Of a stretch of DNA of 64,000 bases, positions 11,196 to 23,173 are shown piece after piece. The notes under the pieces are model-generated. The model was given only the letters and a program-made list of their open reading frames with translations, did not search any database and had not been told where the DNA came from. This stretch comes from Eledone cirrhosa (Eukaryota), in NCBI GenBank assembly GCA_964016885.1, contig OZ024741.1:410006001-410070000 (forward strand), written 5' to 3'. Position numbers and translations under genes: made by a program. The number at the start of each line of letters is the position of its first letter. Within the stretch, counting starts at the first letter, position 1.

Positions 11196-14057
11196 CATCA
11201 TCATCATCATCATCGTTTAACATCTATCTTCCACGCTAGCATGGGTTTAGACAGGAATTGTCCCACTTGAGGCAAGATTGGTCGTCTCACTCGTATGGGA
11301 CTGTCTGGCAGGTTTTCTACGACTGGATGCCCTTCCTAACACCAACCACATTTACAGTGGGCTGGGAGGTTTTTACCGTGTTACCTATATGGCCACATTA
11401 CAGCGTGGACTGTGTGTTTTTTTGTCGTGACACCTACATGACCTCATTTATTTAGGACTGGATGTTGTGGTACCAACATATCTTTACAGAGAAAGGGGTG
11501 GTGTTGGTGGGGGTGAGGGAGTTGGGGGTGTATATTTGGTTAAGAGGTACCTACTGACTGTAGGTTTCACTTTGTACTTAGGCAAGGCGGGTCTTCTGTA
11601 TTACTGCGTAGCACCAAAGATATCGGTCCAGTGACATTGTCTTGGAGAGGTGTAGGTGTGTAAAGTCGGAATTTATCAAGTTGTCCCAGGTTTTTCTGGG
11701 TCTGCCTACTCCGTAACTACCATCAATTTTGATCGCCCTGCACTTTTTTATACAGCTGTCGTCTTTCATGCGCGTCATGTGACCATACCAACGTAGTCTT
11801 CTCTCGAGTAAACAGCATCTGATCCCTCTTATTCCTAATTTCTCGCTTAGTTCATTTATGCTTTGCTGTTCACATATATTACGATGACACATCCAACGGA
11901 GCATGCCAGCTTCGTTCCTCTCCAGTCTGCTCAGATCCTCTGCACACAATGCCCATGTCTCACTGCCATGTAACATTGCTGTTCGTATGCAGGCATCATA
12001 CAGTCTGCTTTTCATTTTTAGAGAGAAACCTTTAGCGGCCAATAGTGGTATAAGCTCTCTGAACTTTTTCCATCCCATTCTAACTCTAGCTACTGTACTT
12101 TCAGAGCACCCTCCACCACTGCTGATTTTGTCACCCAGGTAACGGAAGGTGTCCACTATTTCTATAGAACCATCTGGGCAATGGAAGGACCTAGTATCCT
12201 GTGGGCACTTGCTACTTATTGCACCTGAGCATTGGCCACATATAAAATCTATGTTCTTAGTTAGCTTACCTGTGATCCCACTACATCTTTTATGCACCCA
12301 TACTTTGCATTTGGGACATAAAATGGAGTTTCTGCCTACTCCTTTCCTACACACTGAGCATGGCCATTTCCCAGAGGGAACCGGTGCCCTATTTTCCTTC
12401 CTACAAACTAGAACTTTAGTCTTAGACAAGTTAACTTTAAGGCCTTTTGATTCTAGGCCATGCTTCCATGTTTGGAATTTCTCCTCTAGTTCAGCCATTG
12501 ATTCAGCTATGAACGTTAGATCATCTGCGTATAGGAGTTCCCATGGGCTTGAACTCCTCTGTTATAGCCTGAAGGGCAATAATAAATAAGAGGGGGCTAA
12601 GGACAGAGCCCTGATGAACACCAACTTTTACGCTAAATTCTTCACAATATTCGTTGTTAATTCTAACCTTGCTGACTGTTTCTTTATACATGGCTTGTAT
12701 AGCTCTCACAAGCCATTCATCTACACCTAGTTTTCTAAGAGCCTACCAGATAATAGAGCGGGGGAGTCCGTCAAAGGCTTTCTCCAAGTCAACAAAAGCT
12801 AAGTATAGGGGTTTACTTTTAGCTAGGTACTTCCCTGTAGTTGCCGTACAAGGAAAAGAGCGTCCGTGGTACTTTTACCTTACACAAACCTAAACTGCAT
12901 TTCATCTAGATCAATTCGCTCTCTGATTAGTTGCGCTATAACTCTTTCTGTGACCTTCATGACCTGGTAAATTAATTTAATGCCTCTATAGTTTCCCCTA
13001 TCTAGGGCATCTCCTTTACCCTTGTAGCAGTTAATGATGTTGCTGCTACACCAGTTATTTGGTATGACCTCATTCTGTATTACTTGGGTGACCATAGTGT
13101 GTCCCACCATTCCAGATGCCTTCAACATCTCAGCAACTATCTCCAAAGGCCCAGCTGCCTTGCCTGTCTTCATATCTTTGATTGTCTTACTTATTATACT
13201 ACCTTTACCTTGCACCGCTGGTCCTTCTATTGGATCGATTTGGGGCAGACTATCTTTTTCCCATTTATTCTCCTCATTTAGTGACACTTCCAAGCTACCT
13301 TCTTATCAGTGTCAGTGAGGGAAAGTACACCGTTATCATTACGGACACACTTCTCCCTGACAATATCACGGTTTTCCTTGACACATTGTCTAGCAATCCT
13401 GAACACCTTAGGTTTTTGGTCCTTGCATTGTAGAACATGGTTGAACTTTCTTTCCTCTGCTTCACTTCTTGCAAAGTACATTTGTCTCCTAGCTTCCCTC
13501 CTGGTCACTTGATAGTCTTCTCTACTTCCCCCATCCAGCCATACTTTCCAAGCTTGCTTTTTGGCCTTGATTGACTCCTCCACCTTACTGTTCCACCATC
13601 AAGTTACTCTCCTCCTACCTATAGGTCTGTTCCAGCCACAGACTTCATCTGTCGCCTTCAGCAGGTTAACTTTCAAGAATTCCCACTGTTCCTCTATATT
13701 GTACATCCCTAATTGTTCTTCCTTACTGTCAAAAGCATCAAGTAATATGCTTTTAAATTTGTTACTGGTTGTGGGGGTCTTTCAACTTCCATATTTTTCT
13801 CCTGAGGGTAGTCCTCCTCCGTTGTCAAGTACGCCTCATCCTGACTATGAGGTAGCTAACTATGAGGCTATGTTGAGAGGTGCATTCTTCACGGGGGAGG
13901 GATTTAGTGTTTACAACAGACACTCTGTCACGTCTTCTGGTAAGGATATAATCTACCTGGCTGGTGTGTTCCCCTGATCTATAGGTGATCAAGTGATTGT
14001 CTCGTTTTTTGAAGTTAGTGTTACAGATAGTTAGGTTATTAGCTTCACAGAATTCCA
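11196..14057 (-). mobile_element. RTE-clade LINE, 5'-truncated and frameshifted (copy A)
   Basis: ORF fragments 13825-14058, 13278-13583, 12880-13293, 12521-12709 and 11578-12498 are collinear with the 24314-26860 ORF. The 3' UTR and (GAT)n tail are at 11196-11213. Confidence 0.95.
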
Positions 14058-14104
14058 ATATATTTATATATATATATATTTATTTATATATATATATATT
14101 TATT

Positions 14105-14139
<35 letters not shown>

Positions 14140-14144
14140 GTATT

Positions 14145-14197
<53 letters not shown>

Positions 14198-14222
14198 ATA
14201 TTTATTTATATATATATATATA
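14058..14222. repeat. (TA)n-type microsatellite; similar tracts at 10290-10427, 14528-14675, 62920-63065 and 63410-63522
   Basis: Direct reading. These tracts are the source of the poly-YI ORFs. Confidence 0.95.
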
Positions 14223-14528
14223 TCATCATTTCATCATCATTTCATTTTACGTCCGCTTTTCCCTGCTTGCAAGGGTGGGACGGGAACTGATTTTGGCTTG
14301 GTTTCTACAGCTGGATGCCCTTCCTAACACCAACCTCATTTACAGTGAGTGCTGGGTGCTTTTTTGTCGTGGCACCTCCACGACCACTTTACAGTGGAAT
14401 GATAGGGACCCCAGTCCCTATCATCTCATTTCTACAGCTGAGTAAACTGGAGCAATGTGAAATAAAGTGTCTTGCTCAAGGAAACAACACATCACCCGGT
14501 CTGAGAATTGAACTCACAACTTCTCGAT
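14223..14528 (-). mobile_element. tRNA-derived SINE with RTE-derived 3' end (5' slightly truncated)
   Basis: It has a B-box-like GAGTTCAATTC and a CORE-like GTGTTGTTTCCTTGAGCAAGACACTTTA segment. There is an 11-bp hairpin ATGATAGGGAC-CCCA-GTCCCTATCAT, an RTE 3'UTR module and a (GAT)n tail. It is homologous to 57521-57911. Confidence 0.85.
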
Positions 14529-14619
14529 ATATATATATATATTTATATATATATATGTATTTATATATATATATATATATACATGTGTATATATATGTAT
14601 ATATATATACATGTGTATA

Positions 14620-14651
<32 letters not shown>

Positions 14652-14675
14652 CATGTGTATATATATGTATATATA

Positions 14676-14890
14676 TGTAAACATGATGGACCTGTTATTT
14701 TTATCTAAAGACATTTTTTCCAATTCCAACCCACCCGTCCCCTCAATCTATCTTATTTCTCATTCTTTCTTCTGATGAAGGACTAGCATCCGAAACATTA
14801 AGACCCTCTTCCTGCTATATCAAGCGTTAACCTAATATATCCCTTCCATTTACTGTACTGATTGTGTTGTTATTTCTGCTTACCTTTTAC
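14676..14890 (+). mobile_element. ~215-bp Penelope-like pLTR unit (copy 2)
   Basis: Reverse complement of 10428-10643 with scattered substitutions. Confidence 0.7.
14768..14803 (+). ncRNA. Minimal hammerhead ribozyme, mutated copy
   Basis: Reads TCTT-CTGATGA-A-GGACTAGCATCC-GAAAC-ATT-AAGA. Two CG>CA changes relative to copy 1 break one stem II pair and the stem III palindrome. Confidence 0.75.
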
Positions 14891-14899
14891 CTTGCACCA

Positions 14900-16835
14900 G
14901 CAGTAATGGTGGGATACATTATGGTCACCCTATAGTAAACCAAGTAATACAGAATGAGGTCATACCAAATAACTGGCATAGTAGCATCATCATTAACTGC
15001 TACAAGGGTAAAGGGGATGCTCTAGATAGGGGAAACTATAGAGGCATTAAGTTAGTAGACCAGGTCATGAAGGTCACAGAAAGAGTTATAGCGCAACTAA
15101 TCAGAGAGCGAATTGATCTAGATGAAATGCAGTTTGGGTTTGTGTCAGGTAAAAGTACCACAGATGCTCTTTTCCTTGTATGACAACTACAGGAGAAGTA
15201 CCTAGCTAAAAGTAAACCCCTCTACTTAGCTTTTGTAGACCTGGAGAATGCTTTTGACAGAGTCCCCCGCTCCATTATCTGGTGGGCTCTTAGAAAACTA
15301 GGTGTTGATGAATGGCTTGTGAGAGCCATACAAGCTATGTATAAAGAAACAGTCAGTAAGGTTAGAATTAACAATGAATATTGTGAAGAATTTAGTGTAA
15401 AAGTTGGCATTCATCAAGGCTCTGTCCTTAGCCCCCTCTTATTTAATATTGCCCTTCAGGCTATAAGAGAGGAGTTCAAGACCGGCTGCCCATGGGAACT
15501 CTTATACACAGATGATCTAACGCTCATAGCTGAATCAATGGCTGAACTAGAGAAGAAATTCCAAACATGGAAGCATGGCTTCGAATCAAAAGGCCTTAAA
15601 GTTAACTTGTCTAAGACTAAAGTTCTAGTTTGTAGAAAGGAAAATAGGGCACAGGTTCCCTCAGGGAAATGGCCATGCTCAGTGTGTAGGAAAGGAGTAG
15701 GCAGAAATTCCATTTTATGTCCTAAATGCAAAGTATGGTTTCATAAAAAATGTAGTGGCATCACAGGGAAACTATCTAAGAACGTAGACTTTATATGTGG
15801 CTGGTGCTCAGGTGCAATAAGTAGCAAGTGTCCACAGGATACAAGCTCCTTCTATTGCACAGATGGTTCTATAGAAATAGTGGACACTTTCCGTTACCTG
15901 GGTGACAAAATCAGCAGTGGTGGAGGGTGTTCTGAAAGTACAGTAGTTAGAGTGAGAACGGGATGGTAAAAGTTCAGGGAGTTTATACCGCTGTTGGCCA
16001 CTAAAGGTTTCTCTCTAAAAATGAAAGGCAGGCTGTATGATGCCTGCATACGAACAGCAATGTTACATGGCAGTGAGACATGGGCATTACGTGCAGAGGA
16101 CCTGCATAGACTGGAGAGGAACGAAGCTTGCATACTCTGTTGGATGTGTAATAGTAATATACGTGAACAGCAAAGCATAAATGAACTAAGTGAGAAATTA
16201 GGAATAAGAGGGATCAGATGCTGTTTACTTGAGAGAAGACTACGTTGGTATGGTCACGAGATGCGCATGAAAGACGACAGCTGCATAAAAAAAGGTAGGG
16301 CGATCAAAATTGATGGAAGTTACGGAGTAGGCAGACCCAGAAAAACCTGGGATGATCTGATAAATTCCGACCTTACACACTTACACCTCTCTAAGACAAT
16401 GTCTCTGAACCGAGATCTTTGACGCTACGCAGTAATACAGAAGACCCGTCTTGCCTATGTACAAAGCAAAACCTACAGTCAGCACCTCTTAACCAAATAT
16501 ACACCCCAATCCACTACCCGTACCCTATCCTCCCACTCCCACCAACAGCACGAGAAAATGAGATCGAGATCGTGTAGGTGACACGACAAAAAAAACACAC
16601 AGTCCACACTGAAATGTGGCCGTGTAGGTAACACGGAAAAAGTTCCCAGTTCCACACTGTAAATGTGGTTGGTGTTAGGAAGGGCATCCAGCCGTATAAA
16701 ACCTGCCAGATAGTCCTATATGAGTGAGACACGGTCACCCGACCACCCTTGCCTCAAGTGGGACAACTCCCATCTAACCCATGCTAGTGTGGAAAATGGA
16801 CATTAAACGAAGATGATGATGATGATGATGATGAT
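14900..16835 (+). mobile_element. RTE-clade LINE, 5'-truncated, with nonsense mutations (copy B)
   Basis: RT ORFs 15319-15969 (YTDD) and 15994-16422, a 3' UTR like copy A, and a (GAT)n tail. Confidence 0.95.
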
Positions 16836-16848
16836 ACATATACATATA

Positions 16849-17209
16849 CATCATCATCATCATCATCATTTTACGTCCGCTTTTCGCTTCTTGCAAGGGT
16901 AGGACGGGTCCTATTCAGTACAGCATCTCTCCACTTGTCACGGCCCTTCGTCATCTCCTCAGTGAGTTTCAGTGATCTGAGGTCTGCTTTCACCAACTCC
17001 GCCCATGTTTTTCGTGGTCTACCTCTACTGTGTCTTCCTTCTACTGGGATTTCTTGGCACTTCTTTACCCAGCGGTCATCCTCCATGCGCATCACATGTC
17101 TATACCATCTCAGTCTTCTCTCCTGCACACCACAATGTATCCCTCTTATACCCAGTTTCTTTCTCAACTCGTCTATGCTTGGTCGTTCACGCACATTGAC
17201 ATTGCACAT
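16849..17209 (-). mobile_element. RTE LINE 3' fragment of a second family with almost no 3' UTR (copy C)
   Basis: ORF 16871-17209 (ERRLRWYRHVMRM...GRPRKTW) stops immediately before a (GAT)n tail. It is the same family as 58047-58372. Confidence 0.9.
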
Positions 17210-17548
17210 GAACTTAATTATAGGAAAGTTAGTAATATTACTAAAAAATTCTAAATATTTATTATTTCAAAACATATTGAAAATTATGGACGGCATCTTT
17301 CATAAGATAGGTTAGTGAAAGGGTTAACATTTTAGAATGTAAACCAGCCATATCCAGCCAGAATTATCTCACCTCTTTCTGTTCAAACCTCCATAACTGG
17401 CCACTCATACTTATGTTATGGTATTGTTCTCAAAATAAATAATATTAAAATCTCATAAATTTGATAATATGAGATAATTATGTGAGATAAATACTTTACC
17501 TCAAAAATAAATAGTAAATATAGAGTAATATAAATGATGAAGGGTTAA
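17210..17548. mobile_element. Two adjacent degenerate piggyBac-like MITE remnants joined at TTAA
   Basis: The ends read ...GTGAAAGGG|TTAA (17324-17327) and ...GATGAAGGG|TTAA (17545-17548), and the second unit starts TTAA|CATTTTAGAAT. TTAA+CCCTT termini are piggyBac-like. Confidence 0.6.
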
Positions 17549-19435
17549 AAAACACAGACAGTGTCTTACATTAGAAATATGGTATTGAAAGGGTTAAAGA
17601 ACATAGACAGTGTCTTACATTAGAAATATGGTAATGAAAGGGTTAAACAACATAGACAGTGTCTTACATTAGAAATATGGTAATGAAAGGGTTAAACAAC
17701 ATAGACAGTGTCTTACATTAGAAATATGGTAATGAAAGGGTTAAACAACATACAGAGTGTCTTTAGAAATATGGTGTCTTACATTATAAATATGGTAATG
17801 AAAGGGTTAAACAACATAGACAGTGTCTTTCATTAGAAATATGGTAATGAAAGGGTTAAACAACATAGACAGTGTCTTTCATTAGAAATATGGTAATGAA
17901 AGGGTTAAAGTAATAGACAGTGTCTTACATTAGAATTATGGTAAAAAGAGTTAAACAACATAGACAGTGTCTTACTTTAGAATTATGGTAAAAGGGTTAA
18001 AGACATAGACAGTGTCTTACATTAGAATTATGGTAAAAGGGTTAAACAACATAGACAGTGTCTTTCATTAGAAACATGGTAATGGAAGAATAAAACAACA
18101 TAGACAGTGTCTTACATTAGAATTATGGTAAAAGGGTTAAACAACATAGACAGCATCTTTCATTAGAAATATAGTAATAAAAGGGTGAAAGACATAGACA
18201 GTGTCTTACATTAGAATTATGGTAAAAGGGTTAAACAACATAGAGAGTGTCTTTCATTAGAAATATGGTAATGGAAGAGTTAAACAACATAGACAGTGTC
18301 TTACATCAGAAATATGGTAATGAAAGGGTTAAACAACATAGACTGTGTCTTACATTAGAATTATGGTAAAAGGGTTAAACAACATAGACAGCGTCTTTCA
18401 TTAGAAATATAGTAATAAAAGGGTTAAACAACATACACAGTGTCTTTAGAAATATGGTAATGAAAGGGTTAAACAACATAGACAGTGTCTTACATTAGAT
18501 ATATGGTAATGAAAGGATTAAACAACATAGACAGTGTCTTTCATTAAAAATATGGTAATGAAAGGGTTAAACAACATAGACAGTGTCTTACATTAGAAAG
18601 ATGGTAATGAAAGGGTTAAACAACATAGACAGTGTCTTACATTAGAAATATGGTAATGGAAAGGTTAAACAACATAGACAGTGTCTTACATTAGAAATAT
18701 GGTAATGAAAGGGTTAAACAACATAGACAGTGTCTTACATTAGATATATGGTAATGAAAGGATTAAACAACATAGACAGTGTCTTACATTAGAAATATGG
18801 TAATGAAAGGGTTAAACAACATAGACAGTGTCTTACATTAGAAATATGGTAATGAAAGGGTTAAACAACATAGACAGTGTCTTACATTAGAAATATGGTA
18901 ATGAAAGGATTAAACAACATAGACAGTGTCTTACATTAGAAATATGGTAATGAAAGGGTTAAACAACATAGACAGTGTCTTACATTAGAAATATGGTAAT
19001 GGAAAGGTTAAACAACATAGACAGTGTCTTACATTAGAAATATGGTAATGAAAGGGTTAAACAACATAGACAGTGTCTTACATTAGAAATATGGTAATGG
19101 AAGGGTTAAACAACATAGACAGTGTCTTACATCAGAAATATGGTAATGAAAGGGTTAAACAACATAGACTGTGTCTTACATTAGAATTATGGTAAAAGGA
19201 TTAAACAACATAGACAGCGTCTTTCATTAGAAATATGGTAATGAAAGTGGTAAACAACATAGACAGTGTCTTTCATTAGAAATATGGTAATGAATGGGTT
19301 AAAGAATATATACAGTGTCTTACATTAGAAATATGGTAATGAAAAGGTTAAACAACATAGACAGTGTCTCACATTAGAAATATGGTAATGAAAGGGTTAA
19401 ACAACATAGACAGTGTCTTTCATTAGATATATGGT

Positions 19436-19640
19436 AATAATAATAATAATAATTGTTTCTATTTTTAGGCACAAGGCCAGCAATAACCCAGTTGATTACT
19501 GGTACTTTATTTTATCGACCCAGTAAGGATGAAAGGCAAAGTTAACCTAGCCGGGATTTGAACTCAGATCATAAAGGGACGTAACTCTATGCCTCAAAGC
19601 ATGGTGTCCGACTCTCTACCGATACTGCCAATTCACCGTG
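19436..19640 (-). mobile_element. tRNA-derived SINE with (TTA)n tail
   Basis: The minus strand has an A-box-like TGGCAGTATCGG and a B-box GAGTTCAAATCC. The central GCCTTTCATCCTTACTGGGTCGATAAAATAAAGTACCAG resembles the MetaSINE conserved domain (from memory). It ends in an (ATT)n tail. Confidence 0.75.
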
Positions 19641-19641
19641 C

Positions 19642-20288
19642 TAATAATAATAATGAAAATATTGTGTACAGTGCTCAGATGCACTAAACTCATCAAAAGT
19701 GTATGTATTGTACATAGGGTAATGTTCAAACATCAGGAAAATGAACAGTGCATGAGTCATGATATACATGTGTGTGCATGTGTATGGAAGGGGGACATCA
19801 GGTGTAGCTTTCTCGAATTTCGAGAAGCATGAGTGTCTTAAAGCATGCAGTGTCTCGACAGCTAACAACTGACCCAGGCAGTTTGTTCCATGCTTCAGAA
19901 ACTCTAAGTGTGAAAAAATGTTTACGAAAGTCATGGGAGCTGTGCTGTTTTCTGTCCACGTGTCTTAGACACATGGAGATCAAAAAGGTGCTCAGGGTCG
20001 TTGTGGCGAGATGGTTAATAACTTTGTGGGTGTTTACCATGTCCATTGCCAGGCGTTGGAGGTTTAATGAATCCATGCCCAGGTCAATGTTCTGAGCAAG
20101 ACTGGGGTTCCAGGCTGATGATGCGAATTCCAAGTGTGGTTGTACCATAGCTGTATACAGCTTTAAATAGATGGCTGGAGAGCGGCTAACAAAGGTCTTG
20201 CTGAGTGATGCCAAGACGCCCTCGGCCTTCTTGACAATCTTAGAGACATGCTTTGTCCAACGCAAACCGCTGCTGACAGTAATGCCCA
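19642..20288 (-). mobile_element. CR1/L2-group LINE 3' fragment
   Basis: ORF 19798-20301 (LGITVSSGLRWTKHV...LYTAMVQPHLEFASSAWNP...RKHFFTLRVSEAWNKLP) is a typical CR1-group post-RT C-terminus. It is followed by a 3' UTR and an (ATT)n tail. Confidence 0.85.
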
Positions 20289-23173
20289 GTAAGGAAAGCA
20301 TTAAACAACATAGACAGTGTCTTTCATTGAAAATATGGTAATGAAAGGGTTAAACAACATAGACAGTGTCTTTAGCAATATGGAAATAAAGGGTAAACAA
20401 CATAGACAGTGTCTTACATTAGAAATATGGTAATGAAATGGTTAAACAACATAGACAGTATCTTTCATTGGAAATATGGAAATGAAAGGGTTAAACAACA
20501 TAGACAGTGTCTTACATTAGAAATATGGTAATGAAAAGGTTAAACAACATAGACAGTGTCTTACATTAGAAATGTGGTAATGAAAGGGTTAAACAACATA
20601 GAGAGTGTCTGAAGAAATATGGTAGTGAAAGGGTTAAGCAACATAGACAGTGTCTTACATTAGAAATATGGTAATGGAAGGGTTAAACAACATAGACAGT
20701 GTCTTACGTTAGAAATATGGTAATGAAAGGGTTAAACAACATAGACAGTGTCTTACATTAGAAATATGATAATGAAAGTGTTAAACAACATAGACAGTGT
20801 CTTACATTAGAAATATGGTAGTGAAAGGGTTAATCAACATAGACAGTGTCTTTAGCAATATGGTAATGAAGGGTTAATGACATAGACAGTGTCTTACATT
20901 AGAAATATGGTAGTGAAAGGGTTAAACAACATAGACAGTGTCTTTAGAAATATGGTAATGAAAAAGCTAAAGACTTAGACAGTGTCTTACATTAGAATTT
21001 TGGTAATAAAAGGGTTAAACATAGACAGTGTCTTACATTAGAAATATGGTAATTAAAGGGTTAAACAACATAGACAGTGTCTTCCATTAGAAATATGGTA
21101 ATGAAAGGGTTAAACAACATAGACAGTGTATTACATTAGAAATATGGTAATGAAAGGGTTAAACAAAATAGACAGTGTCTTACATTAGAAATATGGTAAT
21201 GAAAGGGTTAAACAATATAGACAGTGTCTTACATTAGAAATATGGTAATCAAAGGGTTAAACAACATAGAGTGTGTCTTTCATTAGAAATATGGAAATGA
21301 AAGGGTTAAACAACATAGAGTGTCTTACATTAGAAATATGGTAATTAAAGGGTTAAACAACATAGAGTGTGTCTTACATTAGAAATATAGTAATGAAAGG
21401 GTTAAACAACATAGACAGTGTCTTACATTAGAAATATAGTAATGAAAGTGTTAAAGAAAATAGACAGTGTCTTACATTAGAAATATGGCAATGAAAGGGT
21501 TAAGCAACATAGACAGTGTCTTACATTAGAAATATGGTAATGAAAGGGTTAAACAACATAGAGGGTGTCTTTAGAAATATGGTAGTGAAAGGGTTAAGCA
21601 ACATAGACAGTGTTTTACATTAGAAATATGGCAATGAAAAGGTTAAACAACATAGACAGTGTCTTACATTAGAAATATGGTAATGAAAGGGTTAAAAAAC
21701 ATAGACAGTGTTTGTCATTAGAAATATGGCATTGAATGGGTTAAACAACATAGACAGTGTTTTTCATTAGATATATGGTAATGAAAGGGTTAAACAACAG
21801 AGACAGTGTCTTACATTAGAAATATGGCAATGAATGGGTTAAACAACATAGACAGACTCTTACATTAGAAATATGGTAATGAAGGGGTTAAACAACATAG
21901 ACAGTGTCTTACATTAGAAATATGGTAATGAAAGTGTTAAACAACATAGACAGTGTTTGTCATTAGAAATATGGTAATGAAAGGGTTAAACAACATAGAC
22001 AGTGTGTTACATTAGAAATATGGTAATGAAAGGGTTAAACAACATAGACAGTGTCTTTAGAAATATAGTAATGAAATGGTTAAAGACATAGACAGTGTCT
22101 TACATTAGAAATATGGTAACGAAAGGGTTAAACAACATAGACAGTGTCCTACATTAGAAATATAGTAATGAAATGGTTAAAGACATAGACAGTGTCTTAC
22201 ATTTGAAATATGCTAATGTACGGGTTAAACAACATAACCTGTGTCTTTCATTAGCAATATGGTAATGAAAGAGTTAAAGAGATAGACAGTGTCTTTCATT
22301 AGAAATATGGTAATGAAAGAGTTAAAGAGATAGACAGTATCTTACATTAGAAATATGGTAATGAAAGGGTTAAACAACATAGGCAGTGTCTTACATTAGA
22401 AATATGGTAAAGAAAGGGTTAAACAACATAGACAGTGTCTTACATTTGAAATATGCTAATGTACGGGTTAAACAACATAACCTGTGTCTTTCATTAGCAA
22501 TATGGTAATGAAAGAGTTAAAGAGATAGACAGTGTCTTTCATTAGAAATATGGTAATGAAAGAGTTAAAGAGATAGACAGTATCTTACATTAGAAATATG
22601 GTAATGAAAGGGTTAAACAACATAGGCAGTGTCTTGCATTAGAAATATGGTAATGAAAGGGTTAAACAACATAGACAGTGTCTTTCACTAGAAATATGGT
22701 CATGAAAGGGTTAAAGACATAGACAGTGTCTTACATTTGAAATATGCTAATGAACGGGTTAAAGAACATAACCAGTGTCTTTCATTAGAAATATGGTAAT
22801 GAAAGGGTTAAACAACATAGACAGTGTCTTACATTAGAAATATGGTAATGAAAGGGTTAAACAACATAGACAGTGTCATACATTAGAAATATGGTAATGA
22901 AAGGGTTAAACAACATAGACAGTGTCTTACATTAGAAATATGGTAATGAAAGGGTTAAACAACATAGACAGTGTCATACATTAGAAATATGGTAATGAAA
23001 GGGTTAAACAACATAGACAGTGTCTTACATTAGAAATATGGTAATGAAAGGGTTAAACAACATAGACAGTGTCTTACATTAGAAATATGGTAATGAAAGG
23101 GTTAAACAACAGAGACAGTGTCTTTCATTAGAAATATGTTAATGAAAGTGTTAAACAACATAGACAGTGTCTT

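Noticed and set aside
11903-13977. Numerous + strand ORFs opposite RTE copy A (likewise antisense ORFs over B, D, E and the R4 element)
   Set aside because: They are antisense shadows of retrotransposon coding sequence.
13997-14729. Poly-YI ORFs (also 10230-10454 and 62822-63658)
   Set aside because: They are translations of (TA)n/(TTA)n microsatellites.
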